Assembly (NCBI RefSeq): GCF_001194135.2
Contig: NC_068982.1
Location: 69,970,712-70,006,019 of the forward strand
Source of the DNA: Octopus bimaculoides
Taxonomy: Eukaryota
Length of the DNA stretch: 35,308 nt
Direction: 5' to 3'
Position numbers and translations under genes: made by a program. The stretch's first letter is position 1. Each line of letters opens with the position of its first letter. This document shows, one piece after another, positions 33,751 through 35,308 of this stretch. Under the pieces are notes generated by a model. That model worked only from the letters and a program-made list of their open reading frames with translations, searched no databases and was not told the DNA's origin.

Positions 33751-34003
33751 TATAGTGTGTAGGCAACAAAATCAAAAACAAGCAATGCACATGCATGAAA
33801 TTAATAATATAAAATAGCAACAATTTACCCATTGCAACCTGTATGTATATATATATATATATTTTAAATTTGTTTTCAGGAAACATTTTCAATATGCAAA
33901 TAAAGCTCCTATTCTACTATGCCAGCTATAATCTAATGGTGCTAATTAGTGAGCAAGTTTTTTGGGGTTGCACCGAGCTGTACCAATGTAATGTAAGATA
34001 AAT

Positions 34004-34163
34004 ATAGTGATAATAACAATAATCTTTGAATGAAATTTATAAATATTTTAATTCATCGCTACACGCATTTCCACAAATCACGTCTAAACATTGTGGAAAT
34101 GTGTGTAGCGATGCATTAGAATATTTATAAATTTCATTCAAGGATTATTGTTATTATTACTAT
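34004..34163. repeat. Near-perfect inverted repeat (73-nt arms, 14-nt loop), possible TA-target MITE
   Basis: 34004-34076 vs reverse complement of 34091-34163: 68/73 identical. Confidence 0.92.
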
Positions 34164-34535
34164 ACATACACACAAACACATACCAGAGAATGGGCTTCTT
34201 TTAGTTTCCATCTACCAAATTCAGTCATAAGGGCTATAGTTGGAAAATGAACTTGTTAACCGCCCACCCATTCCTTCACCTCATTGCTTGCAAATGTCAC
34301 CTAGCTCTTTGTCATGATAGTTATGGATCTCTATGGCACTTCCATATTCTTCTTTGGTACTGATGCTTAATATAGAAACAGGACTTGTACATGTATTTAT
34401 GTGCTTATGTCTGTAATGTTCAGTTTTCGTTATCCCACTCTTTTACAGAAACTTTGTGCTTGTTATACTTTCTATTGTCTTCTAAGAGATATAGTTGACT
34501 GTGTTTCTTTTTTCCCCATCTCTAATTTGTCTTAG

Positions 34536-34614
34536 GAACTGAACCGAACTTGTCGTCAAATGCAACAGCGACTTGTAGACTTACTTGACCAAGTTGCCAA
34601 TGAGGAAGTCACAA
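34536..34614 (+). CDS. TOM1: TOM1/TOM1L2-like exon, GAT domain: ELNRTCRQMQQRLVDLLDQVANEEVT
   Basis: ttgtcttag acceptor; ELNRTCRxMQQR motif; most likely donor aa|gtaggt at 34615 (phase 1). The 3' boundary is slightly less certain. Confidence 0.92.
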
Positions 34615-34938
34615 GTAGGTTTATTTTATTTGTCACTAGATTGTTTATAATAAGCCAGTACAAAGGGTTTTTAATGAACCAATTGACCCCACTATATATT
34701 TTTTTTCTTTGTCTTTTTAAGCTTTTTAAGGCTGGTATTTAACCTATTTTGCTGAACTGCTAAGTTATGGGGATGTTAACAAACCAACACCAGTTGTCAA
34801 GCAATAGGTTGCAAGTGACAAACATAGTTACAAAGACACACACACACATGATATCTATCTATCTATCTCTATATGTATATAGAGAAGCCTGTCATATATA
34901 TATGTCATATATATATATATATATATAGTGGAAACCTG

Positions 34939-34975
<37 letters not shown>

Positions 34976-34978
<3 letters not shown>

Positions 34979-35140
34979 CAGGCTTCCACTTAGTTTCCAT
35001 CTACAAAATTCACTAAGAAAATATTAGTTGTCCTGGTGCTATGGCAGAAGACACTTGCTCAAGGTGCTGCATGGAGGGACTGAACCTGAAACCACATGGT
35101 TACCAAGCAAGCTTCTTAGCCACACAAGTATGGCTGTGCC
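34976..35140 (-). mobile_element. SINE family B 5' part, inverted
   Basis: gtttccatctacaaaattcact..gaagacacttgctcaaggtgc..gactgaacc..aagcaagcttcttagccacac. Confidence 0.75.
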
Positions 35141-35221
35141 ATGCCAGCAGTTATCAAGAAGTATGGTAGTTGTAGAGGTTGGCAGTTTCTTAGGCTGCTT
35201 ATAAAAGAACTATATGTAGAA

Positions 35222-35308
35222 CTAGCAGAAATACCCGGCGTTGCCCGGGTTAAAGAGTATAATGATATCTAAAAACGCCGTCTAGACTACGCATCATCTT
35301 TATATATA
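35222..35308 (-). mobile_element. Helitron 3' terminus; the element continues beyond the window end
   Basis: Minus strand reads acccgg-gcaacg-ccgggt (hairpin, 35233-35250), then atttctg, CTAG (35222-35225) and T. This is the canonical Helitron end and target base; the segment is CpG-rich. Confidence 0.75.

Overview
AT-rich, CpG-depleted, repeat-dense eukaryotic DNA. The SINE/RTE/MITE repertoire resembles octopus (coleoid cephalopod) genomes; this is recalled similarity, not a database search. The window holds six internal + strand exons (722 nt, ~2% of the window) of a TOM1/TOM1L2-family gene: most of the VHS domain, a linker with a 63-nt symmetric exon and a Q10 tract, and the first part of the GAT domain. 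The first exons and the 3' exons lie outside the window. Introns of 2.2-11.3 kb carry many tRNA-type SINEs, a 5'-truncated RTE LINE and many RTE-tail copies, a near full-length decayed DD34D mariner, an internally deleted maT-like Tc1/mariner piece, a hAT MITE with a perfect 8-bp TSD, piggyBac-like MITEs, a Helitron 3' end, microsatellites and two N gaps. No CRISPR, rRNA or tRNA gene is supported, and nearly all listed ORFs are spurious or TE relics. The most notable unexplained signals are several long intronic fold-back hairpins (10030-10190, 29970-30292, 34004-34163, 34927-34990), a CpG-rich hairpin array with promoter-like motifs at 1-362, a duplicated antisense TPR-like relic (16.5/17.7 kb) and a competing poison 3' splice site. 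I see no clearly novel biological system; the findings are leads.
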